From Thermoplasmata archaeon (GTDB lineage: Archaea; Thermoplasmatota; DTKX01; DATEUP01), in contig JBGPJF010000001.1 of the NCBI GenBank assembly GCA_041485285.1, positions 83,813 through 147,812 on the forward strand: a stretch of DNA of 64,000 nt, written 5' to 3'. The translations under genes and the position numbers were made by a program. Shown piece after piece: positions 56,104-64,000 of this stretch. Numbering within the stretch: the first letter of the stretch is position 1; the number at the start of each line of letters is the position of its first letter. The notes beneath the pieces are model-generated. The model was not told the origin of the DNA. It ran no database searches and was given only the letters and a program-made list of their open reading frames with translations.

Positions 56104-56637
56104 ATGGCCGCTCGCCGCGACATAAAGGACTCGGACGAGGAGGAAGAGGCCTCCCGCGACGAGGGCGACGGCGAGGCGCAGGAAAGTGACGAGGGCGAGG
56201 AGGAGGAGTCGCGCAGCGGGCGCGCGGTGGCCACAGGCGGCCGCAGCCGCATGCAGCGGTTCAAGGCGTGGTTCCGCGACGTGCGGCTCGATGTCTATGT
56301 CCTGGCTTTCACCGGCAGCCTCGTGCTGTTCGTCGTCGGCACGATGTCCGTGTGGGCGCGCGGCCTCCTGGGCGCCGGCCTCGAGAACTGGTTCAACTCG
56401 CTGGGCGGGGGGAACGTCTACCTGTTCCTGTTCGGGTTCCTGTGCCTTGCAGCTTCGGGGTACTTCTTTGCGTCCCTGCTCACCAAGCGGTCCGAGTTCC
56501 ACCGCCTTGTCAAGACCAAGGCCAAGAGCGACTTCGTCCGGGCGCTCGACAAGATCGAGCGCCTCGCCTTCGAGCTCGGCACGAAAGAGAGCGAGATTGT
56601 CGCGAAGAAGAAGCGCGAATTCCGCATCCGGCACTGA
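56104..56637 (+). CDS. DUF3198-like membrane protein with acidic N-terminus
   Basis: Two TM segments then FHRLVKTKAKSDFVRALDKIERLA; family recalled from Thermoplasmata. Confidence 0.7.
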   Translation: MAARRDIKDSDEEEEASRDEGDGEAQESDEGEEEESRSGRAVATGGRSRMQRFKAWFRDVRLDVYVLAFTGSLVLFVVGTMSVWARGLLGAGLENWFNSLGGGNVYLFLFGFLCLAASGYFFASLLTKRSEFHRLVKTKAKSDFVRALDKIERLAFELGTKESEIVAKKKREFRIRH

Positions 56638-56707
56638 GGGGGCCCGCGTACCCCTTGGGGGCCGCCATCGACCTGGAGCCAGAACCTCCGTTTCGCCTCC
56701 ATGAGGG

Positions 56708-56729
56708 ACCCCTTCATTTCCACTGGAAT
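56708..56729 (-). promoter_or_regulatory. Origin recognition box (ORB), near-consensus
   Basis: Minus strand reads ATTCCAGTGGAAATGAAGGGGT. Confidence 0.8.
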
Positions 56730-56806
56730 GCAACACGGGCAAGGCGCCCTCGGGAGGCCTCCTTCCATGGGAAGGCAATTAGGCCCGGGGCCCTTCACGC
56801 GCGCTC

Positions 56807-58168
56807 GTGAAGGACAAGGCCGCGAGGGGCCGCACCCACAAGAAGCGCGGCGAAGGCCGCTTGGAGGCCTCCAAGGCCCCCCAGCCCCCCGCCAATGCGG
56901 GGGACCGACGAGCGGTGCTCATGTCTGCATCCCGGGAACTGGGGGAGATCCTCGACCTCGCCCGCAGCCTCCCCATCAAGGTCTCCTCGATCCAAATCCA
57001 AGATCGAGAGAAGCCCAACCCCCGCAGCTACTTCGGGTCGGGAAAGCTCGAGGAGGTCAAACGTGAGGTCCGCCTCATCCAAGCCGACCTCGCCATCGTC
57101 AATGACATCCTGAAGCCCTCGCAGCTCCTCACCATTCAGAAAGCGCTCGGCATCGAGATATGGGACCGCGTGCAGCTGATCCTGCGCATCTTCGCCGACC
57201 GCGCCCGCTCTCCAGAGGCCCGCCTCCAGGTCGAGCGCGCTGAACTGCAGATGCAGATTCCTCTCGTGAGAGAAGCGATCTCCCTCTCCAAGAAGGGCGA
57301 GAACCCCGGCTTCCTGGCAGGCGGTGAAATCGGGACCGCCACCCTCCTCAACCAGATCCGCAGGCGCACGGCTGCCATTGATGCACGCCTAGAGAAGATC
57401 AAGAAAGAGTCGGGCACCCGCCGGGAGCGGCGCAAGCGGTCCGGGTACTTCGTCGTCTCCGCTGCAGGCTACACGAACGCCGGCAAGAGCACGCTGGTCG
57501 CCGCCATCACCGGCGCCGACCTCCTCATCGAAGACCGCATGTTCTCTACCCTTTCTACTACGACGAGAAAAGTAGAGCAGCTGAACGGAGTCGTACTCAT
57601 GTCCGACACCGTCGGCTTCATCGAATCCCTCCCTCCCTTCATGATAGACGCCTTTAATTCAACAATTTCCGAGATCTATTCTTCCGACCTCATCCTCCTC
57701 GTCGTCGACGTCTCCGAAGATGAAGAGAATGTCGAGCGCAAGCTGCTCGTCTCCAAGGAAATCCTCGAAGCAAGCGTGGAACAACCGCCGGTCATGCTCG
57801 TGCTCAACAAGCGCGACCAAGTCTCCCCGGAGGGGCTCGCGTGGAAGGTCAAGAAGCTCCAGCAGCGTGGGCTCCTGCGGCCCGATTCGTACGTAGCGGT
57901 TTCGGCGAAAACGGGAGACGGGATCGAGGAGCTCCTGTCGAAGGTCACCGAGCGGATCGAGCGGCTGGTTACGGCGGTCATCGAACTCGACCCGGAGACC
58001 GGGGCCGGTTACCAGGAATCCATATTGAGTTGGCTGCTCGACAACTGCGTGGCCGCCCGGGCAACGGGCCCGTTTTCGTTCCACGTCACCTGCGACGACT
58101 CGGTATTAAAGCGCGCAGAGGCCCAGCTTACCGCCCGCAAGCAGCGCTTCAAGGTTCAACGTTCTTAA
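56807..58168 (+). CDS. hflX: GTPase HflX
   Basis: YFGSGKLEE, LILRIFADRA, ARLQVE, GYTNAGKST, DTVGFI, NKRD, VSAKTG. Confidence 0.93.
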   Translation: MKDKAARGRTHKKRGEGRLEASKAPQPPANAGDRRAVLMSASRELGEILDLARSLPIKVSSIQIQDREKPNPRSYFGSGKLEEVKREVRLIQADLAIVNDILKPSQLLTIQKALGIEIWDRVQLILRIFADRARSPEARLQVERAELQMQIPLVREAISLSKKGENPGFLAGGEIGTATLLNQIRRRTAAIDARLEKIKKESGTRRERRKRSGYFVVSAAGYTNAGKSTLVAAITGADLLIEDRMFSTLSTTTRKVEQLNGVVLMSDTVGFIESLPPFMIDAFNSTISEIYSSDLILLVVDVSEDEENVERKLLVSKEILEASVEQPPVMLVLNKRDQVSPEGLAWKVKKLQQRGLLRPDSYVAVSAKTGDGIEELLSKVTERIERLVTAVIELDPETGAGYQESILSWLLDNCVAARATGPFSFHVTCDDSVLKRAEAQLTARKQRFKVQRS

Positions 58169-58571
58169 ACGTGCGTCGAGGCCGCCTCCTAAGGCCCGCC
58201 CCTCCAACGACTTGCAATGGAAACGTAGGGGTCCCCCTTTGTCCCGAAGTGCGGTAGCGCCCTCGGGGGGCCGCGACACGGGCATACGTCCGCCCAGACT
58301 TGTCGCGCGGCCGGCGTCATGTCCAATCATGCGGCGCTCGTTCGGCGAACCTGCTCATTTTACAAGACCCCTTTCGAATCTGCAAATCAGTTGCAAAAAA
58401 ATCACCCACTCGAACCTTGAATCATCGCGCCATGCGAGTCGATTCGTCGCGGCGGGAACCTTTTTCTACCCTCCCGCCATGGTGTCGGATTACCAGAAAA
58501 GTTTCCGCCAAGTCCTGCGATAAAACCAGCCGCCGATTGCCAAAGTCCACCGGGAAAATGGGGTCAAGTCT
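58169..58571. other. Probable replication origin region upstream of cdc6
   Basis: ORB at 58211-58232, ORB-like GTCCACCGGGAAAATGGGGT at 58545-58564, AT-rich tract at 58356-58403 (17/48 G+C). Confidence 0.75.
58211..58232 (+). promoter_or_regulatory. Origin recognition box (ORB)
   Basis: CTTGCAATGGAAACGTAGGGGT; 17/22 identical to the inverted copy at 56708-56729. Confidence 0.75.
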
Positions 58572-59858
58572 GTGATCGGGCAGGAAGGCCAAGCGGCCGA
58601 CAGCATCTTCAAGCCCTATCTCCACAACAAATCGATCTTCAAAAAGGACCGCGACATCCTGCGGCCTTCCTACATCCCGGAGAAGCTTCCGCACCGGGAC
58701 AGCCAGATCGACACGCTGGCGTCGATCCTGTCGACGGCGCTCAAGGGCGGCCGACCGTCGAACGTCTTGATCTTCGGGAAGACGGGAACGGGCAAAACGG
58801 CCGTCGCCAAGTACCTGGGCAACGCGATTCAGCAGGCGTCCGAGCACCGCGGCCCGCAGCTTGCGGTTCCCGCCGAGATTCTCTCCAAGGTCCACTTCGT
58901 GTACATCAACTGCGAGATCGTCGACACCAGTTACGGGATCCTCGCGCACATCGGGAACCGGTTCATCTCCGACTGGAACGAGCGCATCCCCTTCACGGGC
59001 TGGCCAACGGAGAAGGTCTACCAGCAGCTCAAGAAGCAGATCGAGGAAATGGGCGGCGTCACGGTCATCGTGCTCGACGAAATTGACAAGCTCGTGTACA
59101 AGTCGGGCGACGACGTGCTGTTCCACCTCACGCAGATCAACGACGACCTGAAGGCTGGCGCCCTGTCGATCGTCGCGATCTCGAACGACCTGAAGTTCAC
59201 GGAGTTCCTCGACGCGCGTGTCCGGTCGCGGCTCGGCGAAGAGCGGCTCGTGTTCCCTCCGTACAACGCCAAGCAGCTGCAGGACATCCTCACGCAGCGC
59301 GCGGAGCTCGCCCTCGGGGACGGCGTGTACGAGCCGTCGGTCGTGTCGCTGTGCGCGGCGCTTGCCGCTCAGGAGCACGGGGACGCGCGGCGCGCGCTCG
59401 ACCTGCTGCGGGTCTCGGCAGAGCTTGCCGAGCGCGACCAGGCCGACCGCCTGACGGACGGCTATGTCATCAAGGCGAAGAACAAGATCGAGCTCGACTG
59501 TGTGACGGAGGTCGTGCGCACGCTCCCGCTGCAGTCGAAGGTCGTGCTGCTGTCGATCTTCGTGAATGAGAACCGCGGCGAGGGGGCCTCGACCACGGGC
59601 GAGGTGTACGACACCTACCGCGACCTGTGCAGGCGCTCGGGGTTCTCGCCGCTCACGCAGCGGCGCATTACCGACTTCATCTCGGAACTCGATATGCTCG
59701 GGATCATCACGGCGCGGCTGAAGTCGTTCGGGCGCGGCGGCAGGACGCGCGAGATCTCGCTCGGCGTCTCGACGGCGGAGCTGCGCAAGGTGCTCTCTGA
59801 GGACGAGATGATCAAGGACCTGCTGGATTATGTGCCCGGCCAGCAGCGGCTTGTGTAG
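58572..59858 (+). CDS. cdc6: Orc1/Cdc6 replication initiator
   Basis: PEKLPHRDSQI, GKTGTGKT, VLDEID, RVRSRL, GDARRALDLL, C-terminal wHTH ELDMLGII..GRGGRTR. Confidence 0.98.
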   Translation: MIGQEGQAADSIFKPYLHNKSIFKKDRDILRPSYIPEKLPHRDSQIDTLASILSTALKGGRPSNVLIFGKTGTGKTAVAKYLGNAIQQASEHRGPQLAVPAEILSKVHFVYINCEIVDTSYGILAHIGNRFISDWNERIPFTGWPTEKVYQQLKKQIEEMGGVTVIVLDEIDKLVYKSGDDVLFHLTQINDDLKAGALSIVAISNDLKFTEFLDARVRSRLGEERLVFPPYNAKQLQDILTQRAELALGDGVYEPSVVSLCAALAAQEHGDARRALDLLRVSAELAERDQADRLTDGYVIKAKNKIELDCVTEVVRTLPLQSKVVLLSIFVNENRGEGASTTGEVYDTYRDLCRRSGFSPLTQRRITDFISELDMLGIITARLKSFGRGGRTREISLGVSTAELRKVLSEDEMIKDLLDYVPGQQRLV

Positions 59859-59922
59859 TTGGGGTCCTCCCATGGGCCGGCTTTTCGGCCGCCGCCCCGC
59901 GGCTGAACGTAGCCCCTCCAAG

Positions 59923-60285
59923 ATGCCTGTCGGCCATCTGTCCCGCGCTCCTGTAGAGCCCGCGCAGGTTCCCCCGGCGGGGACCACCTTTTTCGAGTTC
60001 CTACTCCGCCGGAGCGATGGCGAATGGTTCGATATTCCTGCGGAGCAGATGTCAAAGATCCTTCGGCCCTCGAAGGCAACATCGACCACCATCCAAGGCT
60101 GGGGCGACAACCGCATCAAGGTCGCGCTGGGAATCGTTTCGTTTTCGTACGAAGACGCTGGGATTCAGGTGGCCATGGAGGAATTTGTCGGCACCGAGGC
60201 CGACGCGGAGGGGCTTGCGGCTGACATCCTTGCCAATATCGAACAGTCAACCGGCCAAAAGGGGACGGTCGTTCGGATTACATGA
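59923..60285 (+). CDS. Hypothetical protein (lower GC)
   Basis: 120-aa ORF FEFLLRRSDGEWFD..GWGDNRI..VSFSYEDAGIQV with a globular composition. Confidence 0.6.
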   Translation: MPVGHLSRAPVEPAQVPPAGTTFFEFLLRRSDGEWFDIPAEQMSKILRPSKATSTTIQGWGDNRIKVALGIVSFSYEDAGIQVAMEEFVGTEADAEGLAADILANIEQSTGQKGTVVRIT

Positions 60286-60291
60286 TTACCG

Positions 60292-61395
60292 CTACCGCGC
60301 TCTTCCGCCCTGCCTTCGCCCGCCGCGCTTCTTGCGCTCTTCCTCGCGTTGGCCGGCACGCTCCGCGCGCCGCTTCGCGCGCCCCGGACCGCCCGGCAGC
60401 TTGTCCCACGCGCGGTGCCACTTGTCCCGCGTGCTCTGCGGGATGCGGCTTGTGATCCGCTCGCCGTAGGCTCCCCACGTCTTCTCGATGGCGTAGGGGC
60501 CCAGGAGGATGGCCGCAACCGCAATGAACAGGTTGCGCACGGAGTTGCCGGGGATGCACGTCGGCGGGCAGGGCGCGTGGCCGGCGTAGAGCTTGATGAC
60601 GCCGAACCACGGCAGCTCGAACTCCGCCCGGCCCACGACCCACTCGAGCCTGACCGGCTGCAGGTTCGTGGAGCCGCCGTGGGGGTCGCAGTCGGCCGGC
60701 GGCGGGCCCGTAAGGCCGCTTCCGCCGCCACCGGGCGACTCGTCCGGGCCCGGGTTGTTGTCCCCTTTGGTGATGAACCCGCTGTGCTGGCAAGGGCCCA
60801 TGTTGAGGACCGCCTGCGTGAGGTCGATCGAGAGGATCATTTCAGTCTTCTCGCCCGTGTGCCAGGTTTGGATGGTGCCGATCTCCACGACCCGGTGGGG
60901 CAAAGGGGCCGCCGACACGGTGATGTTGTAAATGTCGATGTCCGGCAGGTCCCATGTCGAATTCACGGCGCTCGGCGGCTGGCCGCCGGCGATGGGGGCG
61001 CCGGAGTGGTTGTACTGGAGCCACGTCATCGCGCGGTGGATGATCGGCGTGCCCTCGCGGTGGCCGTTGCGCGCATAGATGATGACATCCCCGAAATTCC
61101 CGTAGGTCTGGTGGCCGTTCTTCACGCCCTGGAAGTAGGTCACCACCTCCCGGACGCTGTTGACCTCCTTGACCAGCGTCAGGTCGCCCGTGTCGATGAT
61201 GCCGAGGCCCGAGTCGGTCTTCGCGTGCATCATGGAGCCCGATTCGATGACGACCATGGGCGGCCACGTGCTCGAGTAGGTGAAGATCGACCCGATCACG
61301 ATGATGACGGCAATGCCGGCAAACAGGACGTCGCGGACGACGGCCGTGCGCCCGCTCGCGCGCATGAACTTTCCAAGGCTCTGGCGGAAAGTCAT
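60292..61395 (-). CDS. sec11: Signal peptidase I (S26B/Sec11 type)
   Basis: TM, VVIESGSMMH, GDVIIY, PIIHRA, FITKGDNN, VVGRA. Confidence 0.92.
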   Translation of the reverse strand: MTFRQSLGKFMRASGRTAVVRDVLFAGIAVIIVIGSIFTYSSTWPPMVVIESGSMMHAKTDSGLGIIDTGDLTLVKEVNSVREVVTYFQGVKNGHQTYGNFGDVIIYARNGHREGTPIIHRAMTWLQYNHSGAPIAGGQPPSAVNSTWDLPDIDIYNITVSAAPLPHRVVEIGTIQTWHTGEKTEMILSIDLTQAVLNMGPCQHSGFITKGDNNPGPDESPGGGGSGLTGPPPADCDPHGGSTNLQPVRLEWVVGRAEFELPWFGVIKLYAGHAPCPPTCIPGNSVRNLFIAVAAILLGPYAIEKTWGAYGERITSRIPQSTRDKWHRAWDKLPGGPGRAKRRAERAGQREEERKKRGGRRQGGRAR

Positions 61396-61522
61396 GCTCG
61401 AAGCGCGCCAGGTTTACCGTCGCACTTACGCTTGTCGGTATGACGCAGGGCGCCGGGGAGGACGAGGGCGTTCAAATCCTGCCCCCCGCCAGGATTAAAT
61501 CAGGGGACGTCCTCGCCGCCTA

Positions 61523-62104
61523 GTGCGAGAAATTCGCGGGGATGGGTCCCAATCCTTGCAGCGGACGGAAGGCCCTCCCCCGGGGGACAGCCCCGGGGGC
61601 GAGGTGCCCGGCCGCATCACCCTTGACGAGTACTTCATGCGCATGGCGCACCTGGTCAAAGAGCGCGGCACGTGCAGGCGGCGCAAGGTGGGCGCCGTGA
61701 TCATCCGCGACAAGATGGTCGTCTCGACGGGGTACAACGGCGCCCCGCGGGGCGTCCCGCACTGCTCGTCGGAGACGGGGTGCCTCACCGACGACGAGGC
61801 GATCGCCGCAGGGCGGCGCGCGTCGGTGTGCATGGCCGCGCACGCCGAGATCAACGCAATCGTGCAGGCGGGGTACAACAACGTCTCCGTGAAGGGCGGC
61901 ACGCTCTACTGCACGACGTTCCCCTGCAACTTCTGCTCGAAGGCGATCGTGAACGCGGGCGTGCGCGAGATCGTGTATGAAGAGGGGTACCCGGACGAGC
62001 TCTCGCAGCGCATCCTCGCGTACACTCCCCTCGTGCTGCGGCGCTACGCGGTGATGGACGGCGTCCCGGGCCCGGCCAAGCCGAGCGACGAAGGCGAGAT
62101 GTGA
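61523..62104 (+). CDS. dCMP deaminase (ComEB family)
   Basis: RKVGAVI, STGYNGAP, HAEINAI, PCNFC. Confidence 0.95.
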   Translation: MREIRGDGSQSLQRTEGPPPGDSPGGEVPGRITLDEYFMRMAHLVKERGTCRRRKVGAVIIRDKMVVSTGYNGAPRGVPHCSSETGCLTDDEAIAAGRRASVCMAAHAEINAIVQAGYNNVSVKGGTLYCTTFPCNFCSKAIVNAGVREIVYEEGYPDELSQRILAYTPLVLRRYAVMDGVPGPAKPSDEGEM

Positions 62105-62199
62105 AGGGCGCGGTGCGGCCACACTTTGGGGCGCTCGATGCGACACGTTTAAGGCGCGTCCTTGGATAGTCGCGCGAAGCCCAAGGGGGTCCCGCGACC

Positions 62200-63075
62200 T
62201 TGACCGGAGAGCTACCCACCCAGCGCAGGCCGCCCCGGCCCCCCGAGCATGGGACAGGCCCCGCCGCCGCTCCCCCCGGGCGCACCGCCCCTGGCATCCG
62301 TGTGATCCCCGGCAAGAGCGCCGAGACCGCGCAGATCGAATTCCAAGGGCAGAGGAAGTTCGTCATCCAGTGGGAGACGGACGCCGCGGTGGAGATGGCG
62401 CGGGAGAATCACCAGGCCGCGCTGCAGCTTTTCGACATGATTCTCTTCGCGTTCCCGCACTATGCGAAAGCGTGGTACAACCGCGCGATCATCCTCCACA
62501 CGGGCACGCGCGACTTCGACGGCGCGCTTGCGGCCTACAACAAGGCGCACGCGTCGCTGCCTGGCAACACGGACATCCTCCACAACAAGGCCAAGCTGCT
62601 CGTCGAAATGCGCCGCGAGAAGGAGGCGGCCGCGATCTACGAGCAGGTGCTGCGCCTCGACCCGAAGTACGTCAAGAGCCTCGAGGGGTACGGCGCGCTG
62701 CTCATCAACGCGGGGGCTCCCGAGCGCGCGGAGGCGTTCCTTGAGCGGGCGGTGGACCTGTACGAAAAGAAAGGCCAGGACCCGTACCGCGCGCTGCAGC
62801 TGCTGGCCACCGCCTACACGAACGCGGGCAAGAGCAGGGAGGCGCTGAAGGCCCTCGACCGCGCAGTGGCCAAGCACCCGAACGACGACTCGTTGTGGGA
62901 GGCCAAGGGGATCGCGCTCTCGAACATGGAGAAGTACCGCGAAGCGGTGGAGGCCCTCACGCAGGCGCTGCGGCTCAACCGCGGGAACAAGTTCGCGCTG
63001 GACACGCGCACGCAGCTGGTCGAAGTGTGCAAGCAGCGCAAGATCCGCTTCAGCGACTTCGAGCTTGCCTACTAA
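62200..63075 (+). CDS. TPR-repeat protein
   Basis: About 6 TPR units (AWYNRA, ILHNKAKLL, LWEAKGIAL). Confidence 0.88.
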   Translation: MTGELPTQRRPPRPPEHGTGPAAAPPGRTAPGIRVIPGKSAETAQIEFQGQRKFVIQWETDAAVEMARENHQAALQLFDMILFAFPHYAKAWYNRAIILHTGTRDFDGALAAYNKAHASLPGNTDILHNKAKLLVEMRREKEAAAIYEQVLRLDPKYVKSLEGYGALLINAGAPERAEAFLERAVDLYEKKGQDPYRALQLLATAYTNAGKSREALKALDRAVAKHPNDDSLWEAKGIALSNMEKYREAVEALTQALRLNRGNKFALDTRTQLVEVCKQRKIRFSDFELAY

Positions 63076-63130
63076 AGCGCCGACGTTCGGCGCGCACCCT
63101 CTAAATAGGGCCAGGCCCGCTCGCGCCCTT

Positions 63131-63910
63131 GTGGACCCCGCGGAGGCGGTCGCCGGCGCGATCGCATCGGCCCATGCCTGTGCCGCGTGCAACAAAGAGT
63201 TCCAGGACGGGTACCTGCGCGACTTCTACGGCGTGCCGGTGTGCGTCGACTGCTACCGCGACATGGGGCTGCTCACGCTCGCGGAAGTGCCGGCGGAGCC
63301 CGACTCGGTTCTGCTCGGGAAGTTGCTCTCGTCGCCGCCCTCCGACGTCACGCCCGGGCCGCGGCGCAGGTTCGGGATCCTCGACCGGTTCGCCTCGCGC
63401 CTCGACCCGAAGGGAGCCGAACAGATTCTGATCACCGCCGCGCGCGCCGGCCACGACACGGGAGTGCAGGAAGTCCTGTGGGTGCTGCTTGCCGCCGACG
63501 CGCTCCTGCGGTCGGGCGGCAAAAACGGCAACCGCCCCGTGGAGGGCAAGGAGATGTCGCTCCTGCTCAACCTGGCCGCGCGCGTCGGGATGGACGTGGG
63601 CTGGGCGGCGATGGTCGACGCGGGCGTGGCCAGGCGTGAGCTCGACGAGCGCGGTGCCGAGTGGCACTACGAGGACACCGTGGCGCCTGGGGGCGCAACG
63701 ATGGTGGGGCTGGCCGCCGAGAAGGACGCGTTCGTGCGCTACATGAAGGCGGTCAAGGCGAAGGTCGACGTGCTCGCGGCCGACGTCGACAACCGCAACG
63801 ACGGCGTGGACATCGCCGTGGGAATCCTGAGGCGCACGGTCGACGAGGTGCTTGCGGCGTTCTCGATGATGGACTTCCCGAGCAGGCCCAAGAAGGGCCC
63901 GGCGTCGTGA
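63131..63910 (+). CDS. Hypothetical protein with N-terminal CxxC..CxxC zinc finger
   Basis: CAAC..VCVDC then a helical domain; TAAATA box at about 63103; GTG 63131. Confidence 0.7.
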   Translation: MDPAEAVAGAIASAHACAACNKEFQDGYLRDFYGVPVCVDCYRDMGLLTLAEVPAEPDSVLLGKLLSSPPSDVTPGPRRRFGILDRFASRLDPKGAEQILITAARAGHDTGVQEVLWVLLAADALLRSGGKNGNRPVEGKEMSLLLNLAARVGMDVGWAAMVDAGVARRELDERGAEWHYEDTVAPGGATMVGLAAEKDAFVRYMKAVKAKVDVLAADVDNRNDGVDIAVGILRRTVDEVLAAFSMMDFPSRPKKGPAS

Positions 63911-64000
63911 GGCGCGCTCACTCCTCTTCGCGCCGCGCGCGCCCCGCCCGGTCGGCGCCCCCCTTGAACCGCTTCGCCACGACATAGACCTCCGAGCTCT

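Noticed and set aside
58233-58385. Additional minus-strand ORB-like sites (58233-58254, 58366-58385)
   Set aside because: Only the G-string and part of the core match, which is too degenerate to call without a profile search.
1-64000. tRNA/rRNA genes, transposases, integrases, proviral genes
   Set aside because: None recognisable. Nearly all sequence is accounted for by CDS, and the short intergenic regions lack tRNA cloverleaf or T-loop motifs.

Overview
This is a high-GC (about 68-70%) archaeal chromosomal segment, most likely from a Thermoplasmatota-like euryarchaeon. That assignment is inferred from Cdc6/Orc1, geranylgeranyl reductase, Tsr3, archaeal Elp3, split GMP synthase, a DUF3198-like gene and helicase-only Hef. 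The left ~18 kb is a signal-transduction island. It holds four PAS histidine kinases (one with a FixL-like heme-PAS signature, one with an RsbU-N-like stressosome input domain), two Rcp1-type receivers, a PAS-only protein, two tandem double-Lrp regulators, an orphan permuted DNA methyltransferase and a repeated intergenic motif. The middle mixes housekeeping genes (XPD, MenG/UbiE, HtpX, GuaAA, Mvk, HutH, Tsr3, GGR plus ferredoxin, GcvPA/PB, Trx, Elp3) with three VapBC-type loci and a giant CARDB/Pro-rich surface protein. It also has a duplicated surface-protein locus that carries a 40-codon hutH relic. The right end has an RHH + KaiC-like ATPase + HAD operon, a low-GC toxin-like gene pair, a two-domain arrestin-fold gene, and a likely replication origin whose best ORB copies flank hflX upstream of cdc6. 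Several genes appear to need near-cognate (ACG/ATC/CTG) starts. I saw no rRNA, tRNA, CRISPR array, integrase or transposase. All family assignments come from motif recognition by eye; no searches were run.
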